Shown here: one piece after another, positions 40,584-48,929 of the stretch
Layout: each line of letters starts with the position of its first letter
Numbering within the stretch: position 1 is the stretch's first letter
Assembly (NCBI GenBank): GCA_963762115.1
Contig: CAVXJH010000005.1
Span: forward strand, 113,812-177,811
DNA length: 64,000 nt
Origin: Candidatus Babeliales bacterium
GTDB taxonomy: Bacteria; Babelota; Babeliae; Babelales; JANWKD01
Direction: 5' to 3'
Notes under the pieces: generated by a model
The model's input: only the letters and a program-made list of their open reading frames with translations
Told to the model about the DNA's origin: nothing
Databases searched by the model: none
Program-made: the position numbers and the translations under genes

Positions 40584-41243
40584 CATTTCTCGTGGGTCAA
40601 GTTCTTTGTTCATCTGCTTTGACATTGCTTTTTTACATTCTTTTAATTGAGGCATGATAAAGCTTGCTCGATTAATTATATTCATTAATTGTTCATATGA
40701 ATAACTTGAGTATTGATCAGTATAAATCTCATTTTTTACTAATCGATATAAATCCATTTGGTGCTCACGTGCTTCATTCGCATATTTATCAACTTCAGAT
40801 GAGATAAATAAAGCAGATTCCTCATGATAATTGTGAAAAGAAGCAATATTATTTAACCCAAGGAAATTATCAGCATCGTCTATTCTTTCTAGACACATTC
40901 TAATCAAATTTCTTAAATCTTCTGCCGTGATTAGTGTATCGTTAGCTTGTTTCTCTATTATTTTTCTGTTTATAGTTTCAAAAATTATATAAAGTGATCC
41001 AGCTTCTCGCAGTAGTTGATAAAGTTTAGGATAAATTTCATATAAATTTTTAGTCCTAATCTGTAAATGCAAATAATTTCGTTGCATTTCAAACTTTATT
41101 TTTTCAGCTTCTTTATTAATTAAGATTACAGCCCTTTTATAAAGCAAATAATTACAAATAACTCCTGTAAATATAGCAAAGATTGCTCCATTTATTACTG
41201 GAGTTAATTGATAAGTTTCTATAAGTGAAAGAATATAATTCAT
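40578..41243 (-). CDS. Hypothetical protein with N-terminal TM
   Basis: 221-aa ORF. Confidence 0.7.
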   Translation of the reverse strand: MNYILSLIETYQLTPVINGAIFAIFTGVICNYLLYKRAVILINKEAEKIKFEMQRNYLHLQIRTKNLYEIYPKLYQLLREAGSLYIIFETINRKIIEKQANDTLITAEDLRNLIRMCLERIDDADNFLGLNNIASFHNYHEESALFISSEVDKYANEAREHQMDLYRLVKNEIYTDQYSSYSYEQLMNIINRASFIMPQLKECKKAMSKQMNKELDPREML

Positions 41244-41291
41244 TATTATATTTTCTGTTTGAGAATAATGGAAATGGTTTACTGCAGTTAA

Positions 41292-41699
41292 TCATGAAAT
41301 TAAACATCTATTTTCTGATTTATCAGTTTTTGGATCTTGTGGAGGGTGAATAAATCCTGTTTCAGCTATTTGTTGTGCAAAAATAATACCAATATAATCT
41401 TTTTTTATTATATTTTTTTCAGAATCAATAATATTCATCTTTGTTAAAGCAACTTCCACGTCTGGATCAAATTCAATTGAAGAACATTTATATTTCATAA
41501 TCAATTGCATCAAGAGGTCTGATTTTTTCTCAACAGGCCAATCTAAAATCTCAAAATCTTTATTAAAATTGGCAACAAAAACTTTAAAGTTTTCATTTGC
41601 ATGAACATCCTCAACAGTTTTTTTTGCTCGCTCCATGGCTAAACATTCTGTCAAACTTAAACTAAAGATTACAAAAAGCATCATTTTTTTTATAACCAT
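41292..41699 (-). CDS. Secreted hypothetical protein ending in a CaaX-like motif (CLIS)
   Basis: Signal peptide then AMER; C-terminus RCLIS*. Confidence 0.7.
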   Translation of the reverse strand: MVIKKMMLFVIFSLSLTECLAMERAKKTVEDVHANENFKVFVANFNKDFEILDWPVEKKSDLLMQLIMKYKCSSIEFDPDVEVALTKMNIIDSEKNIIKKDYIGIIFAQQIAETGFIHPPQDPKTDKSENRCLIS

Positions 41700-41843
41700 G
41701 AATTATTCCTTATAAGTACATTATGAATGAAATAGAATCATGCACAGCATACAAAAAAAATTAATATAAATCATCTACTATCCCTCCCCCTTTTCGTGAT
41801 ATGCTAGGCACGTTTTAACATAACCCACTAAGCAAGAGCAATC

Positions 41844-42005
41844 ATGAAAGCAATTTTAATCGCCCGTGTAAGCACAGAAGAACAAAAAGAAGCTGGCAAT
41901 TCACTCCCAGCACAAGTAGCTCGTCTGGAGAAATACTGCCAAGTCAAAGATTTTCCAATTATTAAAAGCTTTAGCTTTGATGAAAGCGGTTATAAAAACC
42001 TGTGA
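41844..42005 (+). pseudogene. 5' fragment (52 codons) of large serine recombinase
   Basis: Nearly identical to 48930-49086; identity ends abruptly at 42000. Confidence 0.92.
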
Positions 42006-42019
42006 GAATTCCCCTGTGA

Positions 42020-42262
42020 TTACCAGAACCTTTTTTTAGTGAATGCTCTTCCAGAACCGGATTTAAGATATTTTTCAAATGCTACAGCCTGATCAAGATT
42101 ATTAAAAGTAATCGACGAAATAAGTTCCCATGGTCTGAATTGAGCAGTGTGAGCTGACCCGCCTGAATTATGAGTTTTAAGACGTTCTTGAAGATTGTCA
42201 GTATGGCCAATATAAGTTTGTTTGGAAAAATTTAGAGATCGCAAAAGATATACGTAATACAT
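42020..42262 (-). CDS. Small GIY-YIG nuclease (YhbQ/UPF0213-like)
   Basis: YVYLL, TYIGHT.NL.ERL..HN.G, RPW, FEKYLKSGSGR. Confidence 0.9.
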   Translation of the reverse strand: MYYVYLLRSLNFSKQTYIGHTDNLQERLKTHNSGGSAHTAQFRPWELISSITFNNLDQAVAFEKYLKSGSGRAFTKKRFW

Positions 42263-42281
42263 AAAACCTTTTTTGAAAAAA

Positions 42282-42416
42282 GGGCCGTGCCAGCCCGCCT
42301 CCGTTAAAACTTCGGCGCGCAGCTTTCGCCTTTGTTATTAATACTTCTTTATAAAATATAAATCATTTTAAAGAGAAGACTGGCCTGCCAGCTGAAGCCT
42401 TGGCGAAAGCTGGCGT
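42282..42416. repeat. REP-like palindromes, tRNA-CCA-linked hairpin and att core TGGCGT
   Basis: GCCCGCCTCCGTTAAAACTTCGGCGCGC; GACTGGCCTG-CCAGCT-GAAGCCTTGGCGAA-AGCTGG-CGT. Confidence 0.85.
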
Positions 42417-42532
42417 TACCTAGTAGAGGCAATCTTAAACCATGAAGTTGAATTTAGCACGGGTGTGCAAGTCATAAAAACCGTTTGTTCTAGCTTAAAT
42501 ATTGAGATTGACAAACAATGATTTGTAATATT

Positions 42533-43915
42533 TTATTTTGCTTTTGAAAGTTCATTCTGTGCACTTGTGCTTGGTGGTAAAGATACTTTTTTAGTAGGAA
42601 TAGGAAATTTTGATAAATTATTTACAGAAGAACTTGTTGCCATAAGGATTTTGGCATTTATATTTAATACTTCTTTGCCATCACTTTTTTTATCGTAAGG
42701 CTTATCAGAATTAGATAAAGTTAATGCGGAAGAATTTTGTAATTGACAAAAGTAGGCAAACATTAAAGGATATGAATAAAAAACATTTTCTTGAAATCCA
42801 ATTTCATGGATTTTCCATACATGTGCATTATTAAGAATACTTTTTGAATCTGATTTTTCTTTTATATCTTCTAAAAAACTGCATGCTCGTAAAATATTTG
42901 CCTTTATTATCATTAACTTTATAGCCTTAAATAATTGTTTATTATAAGTGAATATTTGAAAGCTATTTTCAAATTTTAACTTATTTGGATAATCGGCTAC
43001 CACAAAGCCATAGTTATCTAAATTTTCTAAAGTTTTATTATCAAACAATTGTGATTTTGTCATTGGTTTTGCATCAAAGTCAGTATAAACAAAACATAAA
43101 TCTCTATTTTGTCGAGTAGATTCTTCAGCTATAATAACTCTTAATAGATCTGCACGAAAAAAAACCGGAATTTCAGAAGAAAAAATTTCAGGATTTTTCT
43201 TAACTCTGGTTAATGTTCTTATATCGTTTAGTTCTATTTTGGCTATTTTGCTCCCATGTGCTGCAACTTTTTGATTGATGAGAAGTTGAGTATTTTCAAT
43301 CATTTTATCGGCTGTAAAAGAACTATCAAACCACAAATTGATAGTTCCTTCGGGATTTTTTTTTGACCACATTATAATTGTATCCAAAAACTGTAATCCA
43401 AAATTATTTTTATTATTTGATGGGTATATATAAGTTTGATCAATAGTAGCTTGCCTATTGATCCACATTAAATTAATCGAATATTGTTTTGGATAATTTT
43501 TATGTTGGGTGAAAAAAAATTGTTTTATTTTTGATCCCAAAGAACAATTTTCTTTATGGTCGGAACAAGATTTTGATGAACCATTAGAGTGCTTGTTCGG
43601 TTGATCGGCGTAATATTCTTCTTTTAAATAAGCTCCTATGGAAGTTCCCAATATTATAGGCAACAGAAAGTTTCTTGATGAATAATCATTATTATCTTTT
43701 TCTTGGGATGCAAGAATTACAAGAGGTCGAGAAGAGCGCTTAGTAGAATATAATCTTGAGAGAAGCCTAGAATGAAAGAGATTATTAGTAATCTGCTTTG
43801 CATTGAACGGTGCTAATCGGTTGAATTGCCATATGCTGCTACGTTTATTCATCGCGAAGGCAGATTGATTTAATAAACAAAGTGATAACTTTATAATTAG
43901 TATTTTTTTTATCAT
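42533..43915 (-). CDS. Secreted DxD glycosyltransferase-like effector
   Basis: INLMWIN, W...NP...INLWFDS, FFRADLLR, VYTDFD; signal peptide. Confidence 0.7.
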   Translation of the reverse strand: MIKKILIIKLSLCLLNQSAFAMNKRSSIWQFNRLAPFNAKQITNNLFHSRLLSRLYSTKRSSRPLVILASQEKDNNDYSSRNFLLPIILGTSIGAYLKEEYYADQPNKHSNGSSKSCSDHKENCSLGSKIKQFFFTQHKNYPKQYSINLMWINRQATIDQTYIYPSNNKNNFGLQFLDTIIMWSKKNPEGTINLWFDSSFTADKMIENTQLLINQKVAAHGSKIAKIELNDIRTLTRVKKNPEIFSSEIPVFFRADLLRVIIAEESTRQNRDLCFVYTDFDAKPMTKSQLFDNKTLENLDNYGFVVADYPNKLKFENSFQIFTYNKQLFKAIKLMIIKANILRACSFLEDIKEKSDSKSILNNAHVWKIHEIGFQENVFYSYPLMFAYFCQLQNSSALTLSNSDKPYDKKSDGKEVLNINAKILMATSSSVNNLSKFPIPTKKVSLPPSTSAQNELSKAK

Positions 43916-43936
43916 AGTGATTAGTTTTAAATTAAG

Positions 43937-44266
43937 TTAAACCTTTTTAGATTTTGTTTTATTTACCGATGTCTTTTTAGGTGACAAAGAAATTTTAATT
44001 GAATAACCCAAAGCATCAGCAACCTGAGCTAATTTTCCAACAGATGTTGTGGTGTATCCACCCTTTTCTAACCGTGCAATAGCAGGTTGTTGAAGATGAA
44101 GGCGCTCAGCTAGTTCTGATTGAGAATAACGTGCTTTTTTTCTTGCCTTTATAAATTTTTCAAGTAATGCAAATTCTGGTTCCAATAAGTCATATGCTTT
44201 TTTCACTTCTTCATTTTGCAAAGCTCTTTTTTTGAATGCTTCAAAGCTTGGTCTTTTATTCTTCAT
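43937..44266 (-). CDS. HigA-like HTH antitoxin
   Basis: ARKKA..SQSELAERL..QQPAIARLEKG. Confidence 0.88.
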   Translation of the reverse strand: MKNKRPSFEAFKKRALQNEEVKKAYDLLEPEFALLEKFIKARKKARYSQSELAERLHLQQPAIARLEKGGYTTTSVGKLAQVADALGYSIKISLSPKKTSVNKTKSKKV

Positions 44267-44588
44267 TTTTTACCTCTTTCATACGACGTATTGCTATTTC
44301 CATTTCTCTTGGTGGAGTTTTTTGTGTTTTCTTTATAAATTCGCTCAGTACTATTACAATTTTCCCTTTTATAATACAAAAAGGAGCCCGAGCGATACCT
44401 TCAGGGCCTTTTACTCTAATCTCAAAAAGTCCTTTTTTTAATGGCTTAATATGCGGCATGCCTAATTCATCAGGGCCCATTTTTTCAATAAGTTCAGCTA
44501 TTTTTAAAAACTTAACCTTTAGATGTATCGGCCATTCATCAATACCCTTTTCAACCTTAGTACTATAAAACTCAACTTTCCAGCTCAT
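44256..44588 (-). CDS. HigB/RelE-like toxin (Gp49 type)
   Basis: Start MSWKVEFY; LGMPHIKPL..GLFEIR, FIKKTQKTP..E. Confidence 0.88.
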   Translation of the reverse strand: MSWKVEFYSTKVEKGIDEWPIHLKVKFLKIAELIEKMGPDELGMPHIKPLKKGLFEIRVKGPEGIARAPFCIIKGKIVIVLSEFIKKTQKTPPREMEIAIRRMKEVKNEE

Positions 44589-44732
44589 ATAAATCTCGCT
44601 TTTTTTAACAAAACACCTTATAATTATAACAAATATATTATATTTTCGCAATATAATTAGCAACAACTTAAGAAAGCCAGAAGCCGTAATATTAAGCAAA
44701 AATAATTTTGATAGAGTAAAGGAATAAACAAA

Positions 44733-45410
44733 ATGCTTCATGATATAGAGAAAAAAATAATAATTTTAAAAAATAGTTCCCCCAAATCAATACCAATGGC
44801 TATCTCTCCAAATATAGATCTTGCTAGAGCAACCGTATTAAGAGAATGTATTTTTAAAAAGATTGAAGAGCTAGCAGAGAGCATACATGAAATGTGTAGC
44901 AAGAATAGATTAGTATCTGCTATGTCCTTACAAAGGGCATTGATGGAAACCCAAGCATTATTTTGGGTATTCTTGAAAAAAATTGAAGAGGCAATCAAAA
45001 CAAATAAATTGGATGATTTTAAGAACTTTTTAACCAAAGCTTTATCTGGTGCGCGTTCAGATGTAGCGACTAAGAAATTTGGTAGGCCACAATCAAACAA
45101 TGCATTAACATATATTGATCAAGTGAATAAAATAATACCTGGTTATCGAGAATGTTACGATCTTCTTTCTGAATTTGTACATCCCAATTCTGCAGGTGTG
45201 CGTAATGTATATAATAAACTTGATTGGAATAATAGAGAAATTCATTTTGGTGATAATAGAGAAAAAATAAACATTGATTTTGTTATAAAGAATCTTGATA
45301 TTTCTCTTGATTGGTTTATTAGTGAATATAACCGATCTGCAGATTTACTTAACCAATATAGTGTTTTAAGCTTTACTAATTTTGATAATAATGAGAAACA
45401 ATTAAGATAG
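44733..45410 (+). CDS. Helical hypothetical protein, HEPN/DUF5677-like
   Basis: R.LME and Y..LSEFVHPN motifs. Confidence 0.55.
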   Translation: MLHDIEKKIIILKNSSPKSIPMAISPNIDLARATVLRECIFKKIEELAESIHEMCSKNRLVSAMSLQRALMETQALFWVFLKKIEEAIKTNKLDDFKNFLTKALSGARSDVATKKFGRPQSNNALTYIDQVNKIIPGYRECYDLLSEFVHPNSAGVRNVYNKLDWNNREIHFGDNREKINIDFVIKNLDISLDWFISEYNRSADLLNQYSVLSFTNFDNNEKQLR

Positions 45411-45424
45411 CTATATAAAACTTC

Positions 45425-45930
45425 CTTGCAAATATTTCCAAATCGTATAATATCTTCCTTTGTAGTAATCAAAGCACTCTCTTCATCAAAGGAACAATCA
45501 TGTTCTTGCTCAACAGAACTCAGATTCTGTACTCCAACTCACAAAATCAAATTCCATCCAGCCTCATTATCTTTCAAACATCTGAAACATATATCGGGCT
45601 CGATAAGCAAGAAAGCTGCTACACAGCTTAATTCCAATTAATTTGTTCCTAATTCCTAGAATGGTTTTTATAACCATAAAAATTAAAAAAAGAAATTAAG
45701 ATATTTCTAAAATATCTTGAGGAGATTTATTTATATGAAGAATCCCCCTAGAGTGAATATACTTTTGTCTATTGATGATAAAAAACGACTTACTGATTTT
45801 TTTGTAATACTTATCGCCGTTGATAGAAGAGTTAATGCAAAACCAAGAAATAAACCTAAAGCAAAGAAAAGCGCAAAAGCAAAAACTAAGCGCAAAGAAA
45901 TAGGCTCGCAATCGCGGGCCTTGTTTTTTA
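45425..45930. repeat. Conserved block (copy 2) upstream of rep
   Basis: Homologous to 37864-38340. Confidence 0.9.
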
Positions 45931-45977
45931 TAATCAATCGTATTACTCTTGAGTTTTTGAAAAGCCTTTTATTTTAG
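45735..45977 (+). CDS. Small basic protein upstream of rep
   Basis: GAGGAG RBS, MKNPPRVNILL, K/A-rich; homolog at 38175. Confidence 0.65.
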   Translation: MKNPPRVNILLSIDDKKRLTDFFVILIAVDRRVNAKPRNKPKAKKSAKAKTKRKEIGSQSRALFFIINRITLEFLKSLLF

Positions 45978-46003
45978 CAATGCTTTAAAGAACACAACAG
46001 CGA

Positions 46004-47122
46004 ATGATCGACACCATAGTTTTTACGTTAACCAAAGACAAGTTCAACATCATTCACCCCGATAAATTCCAGCCCTCTGCAACACTTTTGTTATCAACGC
46101 ATTCTCACACAATCCAAGCAAAACAAAACCCAACACGAAAAGAACTCCTGAAAGGGGAATGCAAGCCTCGTTTAACATTGCAAAAGCGCATTAACGCTCA
46201 AGGGTTATTTGATCTCATGTTAAAAGTTGAACTTTCTTTGCCAAAGCTTTTGTTTGGCAACAATGTTGATGAACTTTGTTATAAAGATTTTCCAGCGATC
46301 ATCAAAAAATTAGGTGCTGTGCTGCAGGAAATGGGTATTGGGACAACGGCAGAAGCCCTAGAGAATGCGCCGCTCTCTAGCGTTCATTATGCAAAGAATA
46401 TCCCTCTCACTGACGGCTCTACGCCCTATCATTTCATCAACAAAATCAAAGAAGCGAATATCAAAATCTCTCTAGATACCAATCAAACGGATTATCGCAA
46501 CGATGGCCACAGTTATAAATGGCATTGCAATTCATATGAAGTTGTTTTCTATGACAAGCTTCTGGATTTGGAAAAAGCAAAGAAGAGCAGCAAGAGATCA
46601 ATTGATAAAGATAGTGCAATGAACCATTCGCCCTTCCCCTTTTTGGAAAAAAAAAAGAAATTTGAGATCCTTCGCATGGAAGTTCGATTGAACAAACGAC
46701 AAAAAATTAAACAGTTATTTAAAACGCTGGGAATAAAATCAGATTTGACGTTGAAGAAGTTGTTTAAGCCTGCCATTGCAAAGAAAGTTCTTTTGCATTA
46801 TCTCGATGAGCTTGAATCAAAACGACCTTCATTGCTTGATTATAAATCAGATAATGAAACAGCATTGCTTGCTGATTTAGTTTTCTATAATCCTGAGTTA
46901 AGCCCAACGAAGATTTTGCAACTCTTTGGATTAAAGCAAGCGCTGAATAGTATGAGCCCTAGAGAGTTAAGAATGCTGTTTGCAAAATACAATCAAAGAG
47001 CCTGGTATAAATTGATGGCTGATGCAAACAAGGTAAAATTACCCAATTCACATCAGCCATTAGAAATTATTCGTCAGCAATTGATCATTTTTAAGCAATT
47101 CAAAATAACCAAGAATGTTTAA
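46004..47122 (+). CDS. Replication initiator, phage/plasmid gpII/X (CRI)-like, copy 2
   Basis: Same motifs as 39465; highly similar paralog. Confidence 0.75.
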   Translation: MIDTIVFTLTKDKFNIIHPDKFQPSATLLLSTHSHTIQAKQNPTRKELLKGECKPRLTLQKRINAQGLFDLMLKVELSLPKLLFGNNVDELCYKDFPAIIKKLGAVLQEMGIGTTAEALENAPLSSVHYAKNIPLTDGSTPYHFINKIKEANIKISLDTNQTDYRNDGHSYKWHCNSYEVVFYDKLLDLEKAKKSSKRSIDKDSAMNHSPFPFLEKKKKFEILRMEVRLNKRQKIKQLFKTLGIKSDLTLKKLFKPAIAKKVLLHYLDELESKRPSLLDYKSDNETALLADLVFYNPELSPTKILQLFGLKQALNSMSPRELRMLFAKYNQRAWYKLMADANKVKLPNSHQPLEIIRQQLIIFKQFKITKNV

Positions 47123-47128
47123 AATTTA

Positions 47129-48730
47129 TTATTTACGCACAACATTATAAACATATTTATTTTTATGATGAGGTCCTTGCTCAACCATGGGAGATTTGCC
47201 ATTTACATAAACAAACGTACTTGGTAAAGGCAAATCAGAATCCTTGTTCTGTTTAATAAATTCAACTTGTGCTCTGAAATCTTGGTTTATCTCGCAAAGA
47301 GCTTCCATTAGTTGCCGATTCAATTCCTCTATACTTGTATGCATATCATCAATATCTATATCTTTTTTGAGTTCAATCCAAAATTCAAGTTGTTGATCAA
47401 GTTTATCATTTTCAAATTTATTAAATGCATAACGATTTATTTTTTCATATAAACCAGGTACTTTTAAAAGAGCGCGTTCAAGATCATCATACATTAAATT
47501 AGCACCATTAAACGTTAATGCGTCATCACCACGACCATATAAACACAAGATAGGCAAACTGGTGCGTGGCGTTAACTCAAAACCATGTTTTTTAAGAAGA
47601 TCTTTAACAACACTGACTTTAAATACCTTACCTTTATCCCCAAGATCGTAACGAACTCTTGGTGACACGCGTGATTCATCAAGGTCAGTAAATAACAAGC
47701 TGCCATCTTCTGTTTCTTCGATATAATCAAGTAAAGGATTGAAATGGAAAAAAATTGGCGTACCATCGAGAGAACCTAAGAGCTCTTTTTTAAACTGAGG
47801 ATTTTCTTTGCACAATAATTGCAATTTTTGTTCAAATTCTGTTTGCTGTGCAATATTAATACGCAAATCACTAGCGCCATAAGAAGAATATACTTCTTTA
47901 ATACCGCTTTTTTTAATACTATTGTAGACATTCTCAGACATTGCTTCACCACCAACAACAATAGTAATATCATAATCACGCAAATCAAACGGTGCATTTT
48001 CTACAAATTTTTTCATGTGTGGTGGATATCCTGCAATCACATAACGTTGACCTGGACCAATATCTTTGAGCGCATCATATAACTTATCAATGTCAGGACC
48101 AATTGATAATATTAGTTGACTGCCTGTAAGCGCATATGTTGATGTCATACCCGTTGCCCATGTACCTAGTGCAAACATGTTGCAAAAGATATAGGGCTTA
48201 TCGCCTAATGCAGCTTTACTTGCTACACGAATCCATGCTTTAACATTTTCCATCTCTTGATGACCGCGTACCCATTTAGTAGGTTTTCCAGTTGTACCAG
48301 TAGAAGTATCAATTTGTCCTTGCAAAGGAAGTTTTCCAAATAATAGTGTTTGTTCAATAGTATATTTCTTAATATAATTTGATTTGCTCATCAGAGGAAC
48401 ATTTTCTAAAGAATCAGGCACTCCTGGGGGACAGTTGTTATCAACAAAATCTTTATAAGCAGGAACATTTCTATATGCCTTCAAAAATATTCTTCTCGCC
48501 TTCAATTGCGAAAGGAAAAATAACGTCTTTTCAGGGGCATGGGCGAACAGAGAAGGATAGCGCACTGAAACTGAAGAAAGTACACTCGATAATTTTCCAA
48601 TAGCAGTATCGCGAACTTGAAACAGCATATCTTGAACGTCGCAAGATTTATCAGAAGAACAAATACTGATATTTTCCATTGTAAGAAAAAGCAATGTGAT
48701 AATTATTTTCTTTGTTATAGATAGTTTCAT
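47129..48730 (-). CDS. Phenylacetate-CoA ligase-like (ANL superfamily) protein with signal-like leader
   Basis: AYRNVPAY, TSTGTTGKP, GGE, YGASD, RYDLGD.G, GR.DD. Confidence 0.85.
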   Translation of the reverse strand: MKLSITKKIIITLLFLTMENISICSSDKSCDVQDMLFQVRDTAIGKLSSVLSSVSVRYPSLFAHAPEKTLFFLSQLKARRIFLKAYRNVPAYKDFVDNNCPPGVPDSLENVPLMSKSNYIKKYTIEQTLLFGKLPLQGQIDTSTGTTGKPTKWVRGHQEMENVKAWIRVASKAALGDKPYIFCNMFALGTWATGMTSTYALTGSQLILSIGPDIDKLYDALKDIGPGQRYVIAGYPPHMKKFVENAPFDLRDYDITIVVGGEAMSENVYNSIKKSGIKEVYSSYGASDLRINIAQQTEFEQKLQLLCKENPQFKKELLGSLDGTPIFFHFNPLLDYIEETEDGSLLFTDLDESRVSPRVRYDLGDKGKVFKVSVVKDLLKKHGFELTPRTSLPILCLYGRGDDALTFNGANLMYDDLERALLKVPGLYEKINRYAFNKFENDKLDQQLEFWIELKKDIDIDDMHTSIEELNRQLMEALCEINQDFRAQVEFIKQNKDSDLPLPSTFVYVNGKSPMVEQGPHHKNKYVYNVVRK

Positions 48731-48929
48731 TCTTTTTTGCCTCTTGAAAATTTATATCTGAAATAATTTAAAAAATAAAATAACTAATTAATAATATTAT
48801 TATGAATGATATATAAAAAAAATCAATAATCGTCCTTATAGGACTCTATTTACAAACTATCTACCCTCTCTCCACCCTTCATGATAAGCTATAGAACATT
48901 TAAATAATACCATAACTATGAGTACTATC

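Larger units (their letters stand above)
34841..42005. mobile_element. Older integrated LSR-Rep element (integrase truncated)
   Basis: att arm homologous to 42411-42530, TA pair, conserved non-coding block, rep, 5' LSR fragment. Confidence 0.8.

Noticed and set aside
45242..45641. Short ORFs in the conserved block (45242-, 45426+, 37865+)
   Set aside because: An indel between the two copies breaks frame correspondence, so the block is treated as non-coding.
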